From positions 1 to 40,427 of the forward strand of contig JBIIIA010000001.1 in the NCBI GenBank assembly GCA_044235195.1: a stretch of 40,427 nucleotides of DNA, read 5' to 3'. How positions within the stretch are numbered: the stretch's first letter is position 1; each line of letters starts with the position of its first letter. Made by a program: the position numbers and the translations under genes. Positions 15,632-25,311 of this stretch are shown in pieces. The DNA is from Thermoflexales bacterium (GTDB taxonomy: Bacteria; Chloroflexota; Anaerolineae; J036; Brachytrichaceae). The notes below the pieces were generated by a model. It was not told the DNA's origin and made no database searches. It was given only the letters and a program-made list of their open reading frames with translations.

Positions 15632-18466
15632 TTATTTCGGCTCGGTGCACGGATGCGTGACGCCGAACCTTGCGGTTCCCTGCGGCAGCGTGAGCGACAT
15701 TACGTCGTCGCTGCCGCGGAGCGATTCTACGGATACGCGTCCGCGCTCCGTCCATGCCGACGCCACGTTCGCTGACCGCGGCATTCGCAGCTGTGCCGGC
15801 GCGTCGAGCCGCACGGTGAGTTCGGTGGCTTCACACGAGAGCCGCTTCCACGACACGTCGATGCTGCCGCCGTCGATCGGCACAGAACCATTAGCATAGT
15901 TCAAAACGTCCAGCGCTGGGGTGATGCTGAGATTGCCGGTTCGGTCGCGAGCGATGCCGAGCACGCGCGTGGAGAGGAACCACGTCGGCGCCGAACCCCA
16001 GCCGTGTGAGAGCGCGCTGGAGTAACGGTCGTCGGCGTCGAACGTCTCCCACCACGTGGTGGCGCCGCGGTCGAGCATGGCGCCGTACAAGCGACGGACG
16101 AGCGACAGGCCGTCGGCGGTGCGATCGGCGTTGGCCAGCCCCTCGAGGATCCAGTACGTGCCGTACGGCCCGAAGCCAGGAGCGCGCGGATCGGGGCCGA
16201 CGCGGGCGAGCAGGCAGTCGGCGACGGCGGTGCGCGATTCCGCGGGCGGCACGTCGTAGGCCAGCGCCCAGCCCTGTGCGTGCACGGTGGGGATGCCGCG
16301 GATGCCGGCGTAGATCGTCGAGGCGTAGCAGCCTGATCCGGCGTCGTAGAGCTGCGCGTGAATCGTGGTGCGCAGCTGGCTCGCTTCGAGATTCCATTGC
16401 TCGGCGTCGGCGCTTTTGCCGAGGCGCGCGGCGATGCGGGCGGCCGCGCGCAGCGTGCCGTAATACATGGCGTTGACCGGCGTGCTCAGACCGGCGGTGC
16501 CGCGGCCGCCGGTGCCGACGTCTGCGTAGAAGGCTGGGAAATCGATGAGCGCCGACTCGGACCAGTGCAGGTTGGGCACGTCGATCAATGTCGATCCGGC
16601 GGCGCGGTAGCCGGCGAGGAAGCGCAGGAAATCCTGCATCTTCGGATAGATGCGCTGCACGAATCCTTCCTCTGCGCTGCGCACAAGATACGAATCGAGG
16701 CTCTGCACCCAGAGCATGCCGTAATCGAGCAGCAGCGTGCCGTCGTTGTTCGGCGCGAACGCCGGCGGCCGGCCGTCGACGACGCCGTCGGCAAAGGCCT
16801 GCAGGCCGCGCCGCAGCAGCGCCGTGTCGGCGAAGGCGACTTCGTTGACGCGATCGACGACGAACGCATCGCCCCACCACTGCGCGCGTTCGCGCCACGG
16901 GTCGGCGTAAGCGTCGACCATGTTGATGCGCGCGGTGTTCACGCCGGTCTGCCAGATCGCGTCGAGCTGCGCATCGGCCGAGAACGAGCCGGTCTGCACA
17001 GCCGGGTAGCGTTCGTCTTCGAAGCGCACGTCGGCGAGCATGACCGGGCCGCCCCATGCGATCACCACGACGTAGCGGCCGGTGCGGGCGTCGATGGTGT
17101 GCACGGAGCGCTGCGTTCCGTCGAGCGTCCATGAATCGACCTGGCTCCATTCGCTGTGCAGCGGGCCGGGGTGCGGCAGGATCCAATCGGCGCCGGGCTG
17201 CAGTCGTTCGTCCCAGCCGACGTCGACGATCGTCCCGGACGGGCCGGAGACGTCGAAGATCAGGCGGCCGTGGCGCACCTGCCCGAGGTCGAAGAGCACA
17301 TAGGATGCGGCGCTGGGCAGGCGGTACGTATGCGGCGAGGAGGTGTCGATTTGAAAAATATCGGCGTCCGGCTGGGCGAGAGCGGCGCGGATGCCCGGGG
17401 CAGGGATGACCGATGCTGCCGGCGGAGCTACGGCAGCGTCGTCGAACGGCGCGTGCAGCAGTGCTGCGCGATCGACGAGCCCGTCGATGCGATGCTGGCC
17501 GGGGTCGACGAACGCTGTTGCAGAGTAGACGCCGGGGCGCGCGGGATCGGCGTTCCACGCGAGCGGCGCAGCATTCAGCGTCGCGGTGGGCGGCGCCGCA
17601 CCGAGGTCGCTGCCGAAGGCATCGATGACGATCGTTTGTGCGTTCGACACGGAGAAGGCGGCCGAGTCTTCCTTCGATTGCAGCAAGGTGGCGTACGGCG
17701 AAATGCGGCCGGCGTCGTGCAGGGCCGGGCGCATTTCGGAGTGATCGAGGAAGGGAATCGAGCGTGGGGCGTATGTCGGCGTTGCCTCGAGCGCGGGGAG
17801 GACGGCGGCGGCGGGCCAGGTGGAATCGTTGAAGTCCGGCGCCTGCCAGTTCGAGGGCAGGCTGCGCAGGTCGAGAATTTCGCTCGGCCCGATCAGGTCC
17901 CAGAGATGGATGCGGCGCGACGCGTACGACCATGCGTCCGGCGCGATCGCGCGCCACGATTCATTCGAGCGCGCGACGATCTGCGTGCGCCCGGCTGGAT
18001 CGCGCCCTTCGATGTGCGCGCGCAGCTCCGGCCGCAGCGATTCGGCGCGGCGTGTGTTCGGCGCCCACTGCACGAGCACGGCGATGACGTGTCGCCCGGG
18101 CGCGAGCGTGCCGAGATCGTGTCGGTCGTATTCGCGGCGCACGCGCGAAAAGCGCGCCGGGCCGCGGCCGACGAAGGCACCGTCGATCCACAGTTCGTAG
18201 CGCGTGTCGGCGAAGATGTGCAGCTGTGAAACGTCGAGCGTTTCGGTCAGGTCGAATGTCGTGCGCAGCAGGGCGATGTCGTTTCCGTCGACGGTTTCCT
18301 GGGCATGCCACACGGCGATGTCGTCCGCGATGAATTCATACGCAGCGACGAACGGGACATAGACGATCGTGCTCGACGAAGTGGCGATGTTCGGCTGCGC
18401 AGTTCTGGGTGTGAAGGATGGGAGGAGGGCAACCAGCGCAGCGAGAAAAGAAGCGAGCTTTCCCAT
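15632..18466 (-). CDS. GH78-like alpha-L-rhamnosidase family protein (six-hairpin glycosidase)
   Basis: 944-aa ORF with a signal peptide. N-terminal YELWIDGAFVGRGPARF resembles the rhamnosidase N-domain. DPWRERAQWWGD resembles the DxPxRE..W.GD motif. C-terminal GATTWWETF...SLSHGWGSAP. Confidence 0.65.
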   Translation of the reverse strand: MGKLASFLAALVALLPSFTPRTAQPNIATSSSTIVYVPFVAAYEFIADDIAVWHAQETVDGNDIALLRTTFDLTETLDVSQLHIFADTRYELWIDGAFVGRGPARFSRVRREYDRHDLGTLAPGRHVIAVLVQWAPNTRRAESLRPELRAHIEGRDPAGRTQIVARSNESWRAIAPDAWSYASRRIHLWDLIGPSEILDLRSLPSNWQAPDFNDSTWPAAAVLPALEATPTYAPRSIPFLDHSEMRPALHDAGRISPYATLLQSKEDSAAFSVSNAQTIVIDAFGSDLGAAPPTATLNAAPLAWNADPARPGVYSATAFVDPGQHRIDGLVDRAALLHAPFDDAAVAPPAASVIPAPGIRAALAQPDADIFQIDTSSPHTYRLPSAASYVLFDLGQVRHGRLIFDVSGPSGTIVDVGWDERLQPGADWILPHPGPLHSEWSQVDSWTLDGTQRSVHTIDARTGRYVVVIAWGGPVMLADVRFEDERYPAVQTGSFSADAQLDAIWQTGVNTARINMVDAYADPWRERAQWWGDAFVVDRVNEVAFADTALLRRGLQAFADGVVDGRPPAFAPNNDGTLLLDYGMLWVQSLDSYLVRSAEEGFVQRIYPKMQDFLRFLAGYRAAGSTLIDVPNLHWSESALIDFPAFYADVGTGGRGTAGLSTPVNAMYYGTLRAAARIAARLGKSADAEQWNLEASQLRTTIHAQLYDAGSGCYASTIYAGIRGIPTVHAQGWALAYDVPPAESRTAVADCLLARVGPDPRAPGFGPYGTYWILEGLANADRTADGLSLVRRLYGAMLDRGATTWWETFDADDRYSSALSHGWGSAPTWFLSTRVLGIARDRTGNLSITPALDVLNYANGSVPIDGGSIDVSWKRLSCEATELTVRLDAPAQLRMPRSANVASAWTERGRVSVESLRGSDDVMSLTLPQGTARFGVTHPCTEPK

Positions 18467-18477
18467 GACGTGCGGCC

Positions 18478-18483
18478 TAGAAT
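18478..18483 (+). promoter_or_regulatory. -10-like hexamer TAGAAT, 7 nt upstream of nagB ATG
   Basis: TAGAAT-atagccg-ATG. The whole divergent spacer to the GH78-like gene is only 24 nt. Confidence 0.45.
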
Positions 18484-18490
18484 ATAGCCG

Positions 18491-19258
18491 ATGTTCTCTA
18501 TGAAATTCGACCGTTTGACCGCTACCATCGATTTTTCGATGCAGGAGATGGGCACGCGCGCGGCAAACGACCTCGCCTCTGTGTTGAACGCCGAGCTTGC
18601 ATCGCGCGGTGAGGCGGCGCTGATCGTGGCGACCGGAAATTCACAGCTTGCGTTCATGCAGGCGCTGCGCGCGCGAACGGATGTCGCATGGGATCGCATC
18701 TCGATCTTCCACATGGACGAATACCTGGGGATGAGCGAATCGCACCCCGCCAGTTTTCGTCGCTATGTGCGGGAGAAGCTGGTCGATCATGTGCATCCGC
18801 GCGCGTTCTATGGGTTGCAGGGAGATGCTGCCGATGCGCAGGCGGAGATCGTGCGCTACACGGCGCTGCTGCGCGAGCATCGGCCGGTGGCGGTGGTGAT
18901 GGGCATCGGCGAGAACGGCCATCTGGCGTTCAACGATCCGCCGGCCGACTTCGAGACGCGTGAATTGGTGCACATCGTGCAGCTCGACGAGGCGTGTCGC
19001 CTGCAGCAGGTCGGCGAAGGGCATTTCGCCGATCTCGATGCCACGCCGACGCACGCGCTGTCGCTGACGATTCATGCGCTGCTGCAGCCGCAGCGCCTGT
19101 TCGTGGTGGTGCCTGAATCGCGCAAGGCGCGTGCCGTGCACGATGCGCTGCGCGGGCCGGTCACGCCGCTGTGCCCGGCGTCGATCCTGCGCACGTGCGC
19201 GCATGCGCATTTGTACCTGGATGCGGAGGCAGCTGCAGAAGTTGATCGTGATAGTTGA
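18491..19258 (+). CDS. nagB: glucosamine-6-phosphate deaminase/isomerase family protein
   Basis: 255-aa ORF. ATGNSQL, FHMDEY and GIGENGHLAFNDP match the NagB/6-phosphogluconolactonase fold signatures. Adjacent to nagA. Confidence 0.8.
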   Translation: MFSMKFDRLTATIDFSMQEMGTRAANDLASVLNAELASRGEAALIVATGNSQLAFMQALRARTDVAWDRISIFHMDEYLGMSESHPASFRRYVREKLVDHVHPRAFYGLQGDAADAQAEIVRYTALLREHRPVAVVMGIGENGHLAFNDPPADFETRELVHIVQLDEACRLQQVGEGHFADLDATPTHALSLTIHALLQPQRLFVVVPESRKARAVHDALRGPVTPLCPASILRTCAHAHLYLDAEAAAEVDRDS

Positions 19259-19299
19259 TCGTGGATAGTGTGCTTTCACTATCAACTATCAACTATCAC
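19248..19299. terminator. 23-bp imperfect hairpin (21/23 paired, loop tgcttt) built from GATAGT-type repeats; putative bidirectional terminator
   Basis: Left arm gtgatagttgatcgtggatagtg and right arm cactatcaactatcaactatcac. The arms contain the stop codons of both convergent genes nagB (19256..19258) and nagA (19289..19291). Confidence 0.55.
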
Positions 19300-20461
19300 T
19301 ATTCACTCTCCGACCCCCGCGCACTACCGCGCGCACAGTGAGGTCGTCGTTCCAGACGATGAAGTCGGCGTCTGCGCCGGGTTGGAGTGAGCCCTTGCGG
19401 CCGGCGAGCCCGAGCAGGGCGGCGGGCGCGGTCGAGGCGGCGTGAATGGCTTCGGCGAATGAGAGGCCGGCCAGAGTGACGGCGCGCTGCACAGCGTCGG
19501 CGAGTGCGATGGTGCTGCCGGCGAGCATCTGGCCGCCGCGCAGGCTGAGGGCGAAGCCGCGCGGGTCGACGCGTGCGACAAGGCCGCCTCCGTCGTAGTC
19601 GCCTGGCGGGCAGCCGGCGACGCTGGAGGCGTCGGACGTGAGGAAGAGATGGTCCGGCCCTTTGACCGTGAGCAGCGGGCGCAGCATGGCCGGGTGAAAG
19701 TGGAAGCCGTCCATGATGACGCTGCCGGCCAGCGCGGGGATGGCGAGCAGCGAACCGACGAGGCTGGGTTCGCTGCCCATGAAGCCCAAGTCGTTCACGG
19801 CGCGATGCGGCCAGTCGCTGGCGTTGCCGGCGTGCGTGATCGTGCGCAGGCCGGCGCGCACCGCGGCCTGCATCTCGTCGAAGCGCGCGGCCGAATGTCC
19901 GGCGGCGACGACGACGCCGGCGCGCGCGAACTGCTCGATGACGGCGGCGGCGCCGGGGAGTTCGGGGGCGACGGTCGTCATGCGCAGGAAGGAGCGGCCG
20001 TCGAGCGTGGCAGCGGCGAGGAAGCGATCGGCGAGCGCGGCGTCGGGCGGGCGCAGCGCGTTCGGGTCGTGGGCGCCGCTTTTGGCTGGTGCGAGGAACG
20101 GCCCTTCGAGATGAATGCCGGGCAGATCGGCGGCCGGCTGCGCAGCGCAGTACGCGGCGAGCGTGTGCAGCGAATCGCAGAGGACGTCGGCGGGGGCGGT
20201 GACGAGCGTGGGGAGCAGGCAGGTGGTGCCGCGGCGCAGGTGGAAATCGACGACCTCGTCGAAATGTGCGCGGTCGTGGGCCTGGAAGCCGTGGCCGAGC
20301 GCGCCGTTGACCTGGATGTCGACGAGGCCCGGGGAGACGACGCCGTCGCCGGCGTCGAGGAAGCCGGGAGGCGGAGTGGTGCGATGTTCGACGGATGCGA
20401 TGCGGCCGTCTGCGAACGCGAACGCGACGCCGCGGCTCCACAGGCCGGGTAGAGAGTGCAT
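19289..20461 (-). CDS. nagA: N-acetylglucosamine-6-phosphate deacetylase
   Basis: 390-aa ORF. Amidohydrolase motifs DIQVNG, HLEGPFL, AGHSAA, ITHAGN and FLTSDA. Confidence 0.85.
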   Translation of the reverse strand: MHSLPGLWSRGVAFAFADGRIASVEHRTTPPPGFLDAGDGVVSPGLVDIQVNGALGHGFQAHDRAHFDEVVDFHLRRGTTCLLPTLVTAPADVLCDSLHTLAAYCAAQPAADLPGIHLEGPFLAPAKSGAHDPNALRPPDAALADRFLAAATLDGRSFLRMTTVAPELPGAAAVIEQFARAGVVVAAGHSAARFDEMQAAVRAGLRTITHAGNASDWPHRAVNDLGFMGSEPSLVGSLLAIPALAGSVIMDGFHFHPAMLRPLLTVKGPDHLFLTSDASSVAGCPPGDYDGGGLVARVDPRGFALSLRGGQMLAGSTIALADAVQRAVTLAGLSFAEAIHAASTAPAALLGLAGRKGSLQPGADADFIVWNDDLTVRAVVRGGRRVNSDS

Positions 20462-20468
20462 GAGGGGA

Positions 20469-20474
20469 AGTGTA
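20469..20474 (-). promoter_or_regulatory. -10-like hexamer TACACT, 7 nt upstream of nagA ATG
   Basis: Reverse strand reads TACACT-tcccctc-ATG. Confidence 0.4.
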
Positions 20475-20501
20475 GAGCCTGTGATGATTGTTCGACCGCC
20501 G

Positions 20502-20709
20502 ACGCCTCACCCCCTGACCCCCTCTCCCCCTCAATTTCGCTCCAACTCTGACTGAGAAACGCTCATAACGGCGCGCGAAATTTCGGCGGAGAGGGGGCAA
20601 ACGCCGCCACGCTCCCCCTCTTCGCCGAGATTTCGCGCGCTTATCAGTCATTTGCTCGACAAAAACGTAAGCGAAATCGAGGGGGAGAGGGGGTCAGGGG
20701 GTGAGGCGT
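20502..20709. repeat. 208-bp nested palindrome: 40-nt terminal inverted repeats (1 mismatch) enclosing a second imperfect palindrome
   Basis: Outer arms 20502..20541 (acgcctcaccccctgaccccctctccccctcaatttcgct) and 20670..20709 (its reverse complement, with one A/G difference). Inner arms tgactga / tcagtca, plus gcgcgcgaaatttcggcggagaggggg (20571..20597) against ccccctcttcgccgagatttcgcgcgc (20614..20640), 2 mismatches. Confidence 0.85.
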
Positions 20710-20759
20710 GAGCAAGCGCCCCAAACGGCGGATGCACCCGAGGCGATAATCACTTCACT

Positions 20760-21635
20760 ATGGCCCAGATCATCGACGGCGTGCGAATCGCCGCAGACAT
20801 TCGCGAAGAGGTGGCGCGCGGCGTGGCGCAGTTGAAGCAGGCGCACGGGGTGATCCCCGGCCTGGCCACGGTGCTGGTGGGCGACGATCCGGCCAGCCAC
20901 GCCTACGTGCGCAGCAAGCGCAAGGCGTGCGCCGAGGCCGGCATCGCCTCGATTCACCATGAGCTGCCGGCCGATGTGTCGCAGGAGGATCTGATGGCGC
21001 TGCTGCATGAGCTGGCGGCGCGCGCCGATGTGCACGGCATTCTGGTGCAGCTGCCGCTGCCGAAGCATCTCGATGCGGACGCCGTCCTGGGCGCGGTGCC
21101 GGCGCACAAGGACGTGGACGGTTTTCATCCGGCCAACCTCGGCCTGCTCGGGGTGAAGGGCAAGCGCCCGCCGTTCGCGCCGTGCACGCCGGCCGGCTGC
21201 ATCGAGCTCATCGAGCGCAGCGGCCACGCCATCGCCGGGAAGCATGCGGTGGTGATCGGGCGCAGCACGATCGTCGGCCTGCCGGCGGCGATGATGCTGC
21301 TGGCGCGCGATGCCACGGTGACGATTTGCCACAGCCGCACGGCCGATCTGCCGGCGATGGTGCGGCAGGCCGACATCATCATCGCCGCGATCGGGCGCGC
21401 GCATTTCGTGACGGCCGATATGGTCAAGCCCGGCGCTGTGGTGATCGACGTCGGCATCAACCGCGTGGCGGACGCGCAGGCGGCGAAGGGATATCGCCTG
21501 ACCGGCGACGTCGACTACGCCGCGGTCGAACCGGTGGCCGGTGCGATCACGCCGGTGCCCGGCGGCGTCGGTCCGATGACGATCGCCATGCTGCTGAAGA
21601 ACACGCTGACGGCGGCGAGCAGGGGAGCGGAGTAG
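20760..21635 (+). CDS. folD: bifunctional methylenetetrahydrofolate dehydrogenase/methenyltetrahydrofolate cyclohydrolase
   Basis: 291-aa ORF. MAQIIDG..., PGLATVLVGDDPASHAYVRSKRKAC, GILVQLPLP, HPANLG and GRSTIVGLPAA match FolD throughout. Confidence 0.95.
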   Translation: MAQIIDGVRIAADIREEVARGVAQLKQAHGVIPGLATVLVGDDPASHAYVRSKRKACAEAGIASIHHELPADVSQEDLMALLHELAARADVHGILVQLPLPKHLDADAVLGAVPAHKDVDGFHPANLGLLGVKGKRPPFAPCTPAGCIELIERSGHAIAGKHAVVIGRSTIVGLPAAMMLLARDATVTICHSRTADLPAMVRQADIIIAAIGRAHFVTADMVKPGAVVIDVGINRVADAQAAKGYRLTGDVDYAAVEPVAGAITPVPGGVGPMTIAMLLKNTLTAASRGAE

Positions 21636-21701
21636 AGAAGAGAGTAAGAGTAAGAGTGAGAGTAGAGAGTAGAGAGTCATAGTCATAGTCATAGTGATGG
21701 T
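21636..21701. repeat. low-GC short-period repeat tract: six (A/G)GAGT units at 6-7 nt spacing, then CATAGT x3 and GATGGT
   Basis: GAGT cores at 21642, 21648, 21654, 21660, 21667 and 21674. Perfect CATAGT copies at 21678..21695. It starts immediately after the folD stop. Confidence 0.85.
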
Positions 21702-21720
21702 GAAGGCAGGGGGTGATGCA

Positions 21721-23859
21721 ATGAAGAAGGTGATTGCAGGAAAGGGGCTTTGCATGCTGGCGGCGCTGGCGCTGTTGAGCGGATGTGCGCGGCGCGCAGC
21801 GGCGCCGCAGCAGCTGGAACCGACGCGCACGGCGGCGCCGCGGGCGGCGGCTCCGGCACCGACGAAGACGCTGGATGCGGCGCAGGCGACCGTTGCCGCG
21901 TCGCGCGGCGGGCTGGCGCGCGAGAACGTCGACGCCTTCGCCGAGCGCTTCGTGCGCCGTGACCTGCTGCCGCGCCTGATCTACGGCGTCGCCGCCGATC
22001 GCATCTCGCTCTACAACCAGCGCGCGTTCGAGACGTACGATGCGCAGACGCTGCGTTCCCTCGTAGTGACGCCGGTGGAGATCGAGGAAAGCGTGGACCT
22101 GTACTGGTATGCGCTGTCGATCGACGGACGCCGCGGCGTGATCATGCAGAAAGACGGTGGCGTCGATGTATATGACCTCGACTCCGGTCGACGCATCGGC
22201 CGATTCGACGTCGGCCGGATCGGCGACGACGTCGCCGACATCGCGCTCGACGCGACGGGCGCGACGGCCGTCGTCGTCAACGACGGTCGGCTGCAGCGCT
22301 ACGAACTGATCACCGGCGCGGAAATCGGCGAGCCGCTCCCGTTGCCGAGCTCGATTGCGTTTCTCGTGTTCTCGCGCGACGGCGCTCGGCTGGCGCTGCA
22401 GACGATGCTGGGCGGCATCGAAGTGCACGACGCGAATACGGGCGCGGTGACGTCGCTCGCGCGCGAAGTGGACGGCGTGCAGCGCATCGCGTTCAGCCCG
22501 GACGGCCGGCGGATGGCGACGTCGAGCGCGAACGCCGTGCAGATCTGGGACACGGCCACGGGTGAAGAAATCTGGGGCATCACCGATCTCTCCGAGACGG
22601 TGTCGGTGGCATTCCCGCCGCAGGGCGACGTCGTCGCGTTGTACGGGTTGTCCGGCGGCGGCGTGTTCTACGACATCGAGAAGCGCGAGGCCGTCGATGA
22701 ATTCGCCCCGACCGGCGGTGGGCGCATCGCTTCCGCAGAATTTGCGACTGACGGCGGGTCACTTTTCATGCAGACCGGAAGCGCGCTCGAGCGGATCGAT
22801 GTGTCCACGCTGCGCGTCACGAGCTCGATGCGGCGCTTCGCGGCGACCGAGGCGGCATGGCTGCCGAGCGGCGATCTGCTGGCGTGGAGCGAGCGATTCG
22901 AAAACGGCGAGCTGCTGCTGCTCGACGGCGACGATGGCCGCACGCTGCGCGTCATGCAGCACGACGTGCCGCTGGCGCGCGTGATGCCCGGCCGCGGCGG
23001 CCGCTACGTCGCGACGTCGACGCAGGACGAATCGATCTACGTCTGGGATGCGGCGAGCGGCGACATGACGACGGCGATCGAAGACGAAGTGCAGGCGCGC
23101 ATCCTGCTGTGCATGAGCCCGGACGAGCAGTCGGTCATCTACTACGAAGACGGAGCGATCGTGTCCATGCCGCTCGATGAAGCGCAGGACGCGACCGACT
23201 TCGCTGCGCCGCTCGACGATCTCCTCGACATCTCGTACTGCGACAACGCGCGCGGCCGCCTGGCGTTCCAGAACGCGAGCAGCATCGAAGTCATGTCGCT
23301 GGACGGACGCACCGTGTCGACGATCGAACTGGGCGAGACGCTCACGCGGGCCGTCGGCCTGGCGATGAGCGCCGACGGCCGCTGGGTCGGCGGCGTGCTT
23401 GACGAATCGTTCATGGTGTGGGACGCGGAGACCGGCGAACCTGCGCTGGAGCGCGTGCTGCGCGAAGACGCCGAACGCGTGCAGTTCCTCTTCGACGCGC
23501 ATCAGCCGCGCGTGCTGCTGCGCGAAGGACAGCAGCACACGCTGATCGACGTCGTCGGCGGCGGCGAGCGTGCGATCGAAATCGCGGACGGGCGCATCTC
23601 GCGCTTCGAATTTCCCGTAAATGAACGGCTGCTGCTGGCGACTGCGCGCGTGGTCGATGAGGCGCGGCCGCTGGTGCGCGACGAATTGAATTTCACGGGC
23701 GGCGCGATCACGATCTGGGATGCCGAGAGCGGAGAAGCGCTGCGCGACATCGAATTGAAAGAGCCGGTGTATTCGTCGGCCATCAGCGCCGACGGGGCAC
23801 GGCTGGCGCTGCTCGGCTACGATGGGTCCCTGTCGGTCTGGGCGGCCGCCGGCGATTAG
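21721..23859 (+). CDS. WD40/beta-propeller repeat lipoprotein
   Basis: ORF 21694..23859 trimmed to ATG 21721 (MKKVIAGKGLCMLAALALLSGC, lipobox LSGC), with GGGGGTGA upstream. Repeats such as IAFSPDGRRMATSSANAVQIWDTATGEEIW and ISADGARLALLGYDGSLSVW. Confidence 0.75.
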   Translation: MKKVIAGKGLCMLAALALLSGCARRAAAPQQLEPTRTAAPRAAAPAPTKTLDAAQATVAASRGGLARENVDAFAERFVRRDLLPRLIYGVAADRISLYNQRAFETYDAQTLRSLVVTPVEIEESVDLYWYALSIDGRRGVIMQKDGGVDVYDLDSGRRIGRFDVGRIGDDVADIALDATGATAVVVNDGRLQRYELITGAEIGEPLPLPSSIAFLVFSRDGARLALQTMLGGIEVHDANTGAVTSLAREVDGVQRIAFSPDGRRMATSSANAVQIWDTATGEEIWGITDLSETVSVAFPPQGDVVALYGLSGGGVFYDIEKREAVDEFAPTGGGRIASAEFATDGGSLFMQTGSALERIDVSTLRVTSSMRRFAATEAAWLPSGDLLAWSERFENGELLLLDGDDGRTLRVMQHDVPLARVMPGRGGRYVATSTQDESIYVWDAASGDMTTAIEDEVQARILLCMSPDEQSVIYYEDGAIVSMPLDEAQDATDFAAPLDDLLDISYCDNARGRLAFQNASSIEVMSLDGRTVSTIELGETLTRAVGLAMSADGRWVGGVLDESFMVWDAETGEPALERVLREDAERVQFLFDAHQPRVLLREGQQHTLIDVVGGGERAIEIADGRISRFEFPVNERLLLATARVVDEARPLVRDELNFTGGAITIWDAESGEALRDIELKEPVYSSAISADGARLALLGYDGSLSVWAAAGD

Positions 23860-23891
23860 GTGAATTTGCTATCATCGCGAACTTCACAGCT

Positions 23892-25307
<1,416 letters not shown>

Positions 25308-25311
25308 CGAA

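Noticed and set aside
15891-17957. 688-aa minus-strand ORF in another frame of the GH78-like gene
   Set aside because: Its composition is about one-third Arg with no motifs. The 944-aa frame carries the signal peptide and the glycosidase motifs.
19299-20651. 450-aa minus-strand ORF overlapping nagA and extending into the palindrome
   Set aside because: It is Arg/Pro-rich and out of frame with nagA, which has clear amidohydrolase motifs.
20490-20720. MITE with target-site duplication
   Set aside because: The terminal inverted repeats are clear, but the flanks (…gaccgccg | gagcaagc…) show no direct repeat. Mobility is therefore not supported from this single copy, and the element is reported only as a palindromic repeat.
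20502-20759. ZTP (pfl) or THF riboswitch upstream of folD
   Set aside because: I could not find the conserved ZTP 3' element (CCGCCUGGGC-like) or a pseudoknot partner. The region is instead a near-perfect long palindrome. An Infernal scan would settle it.
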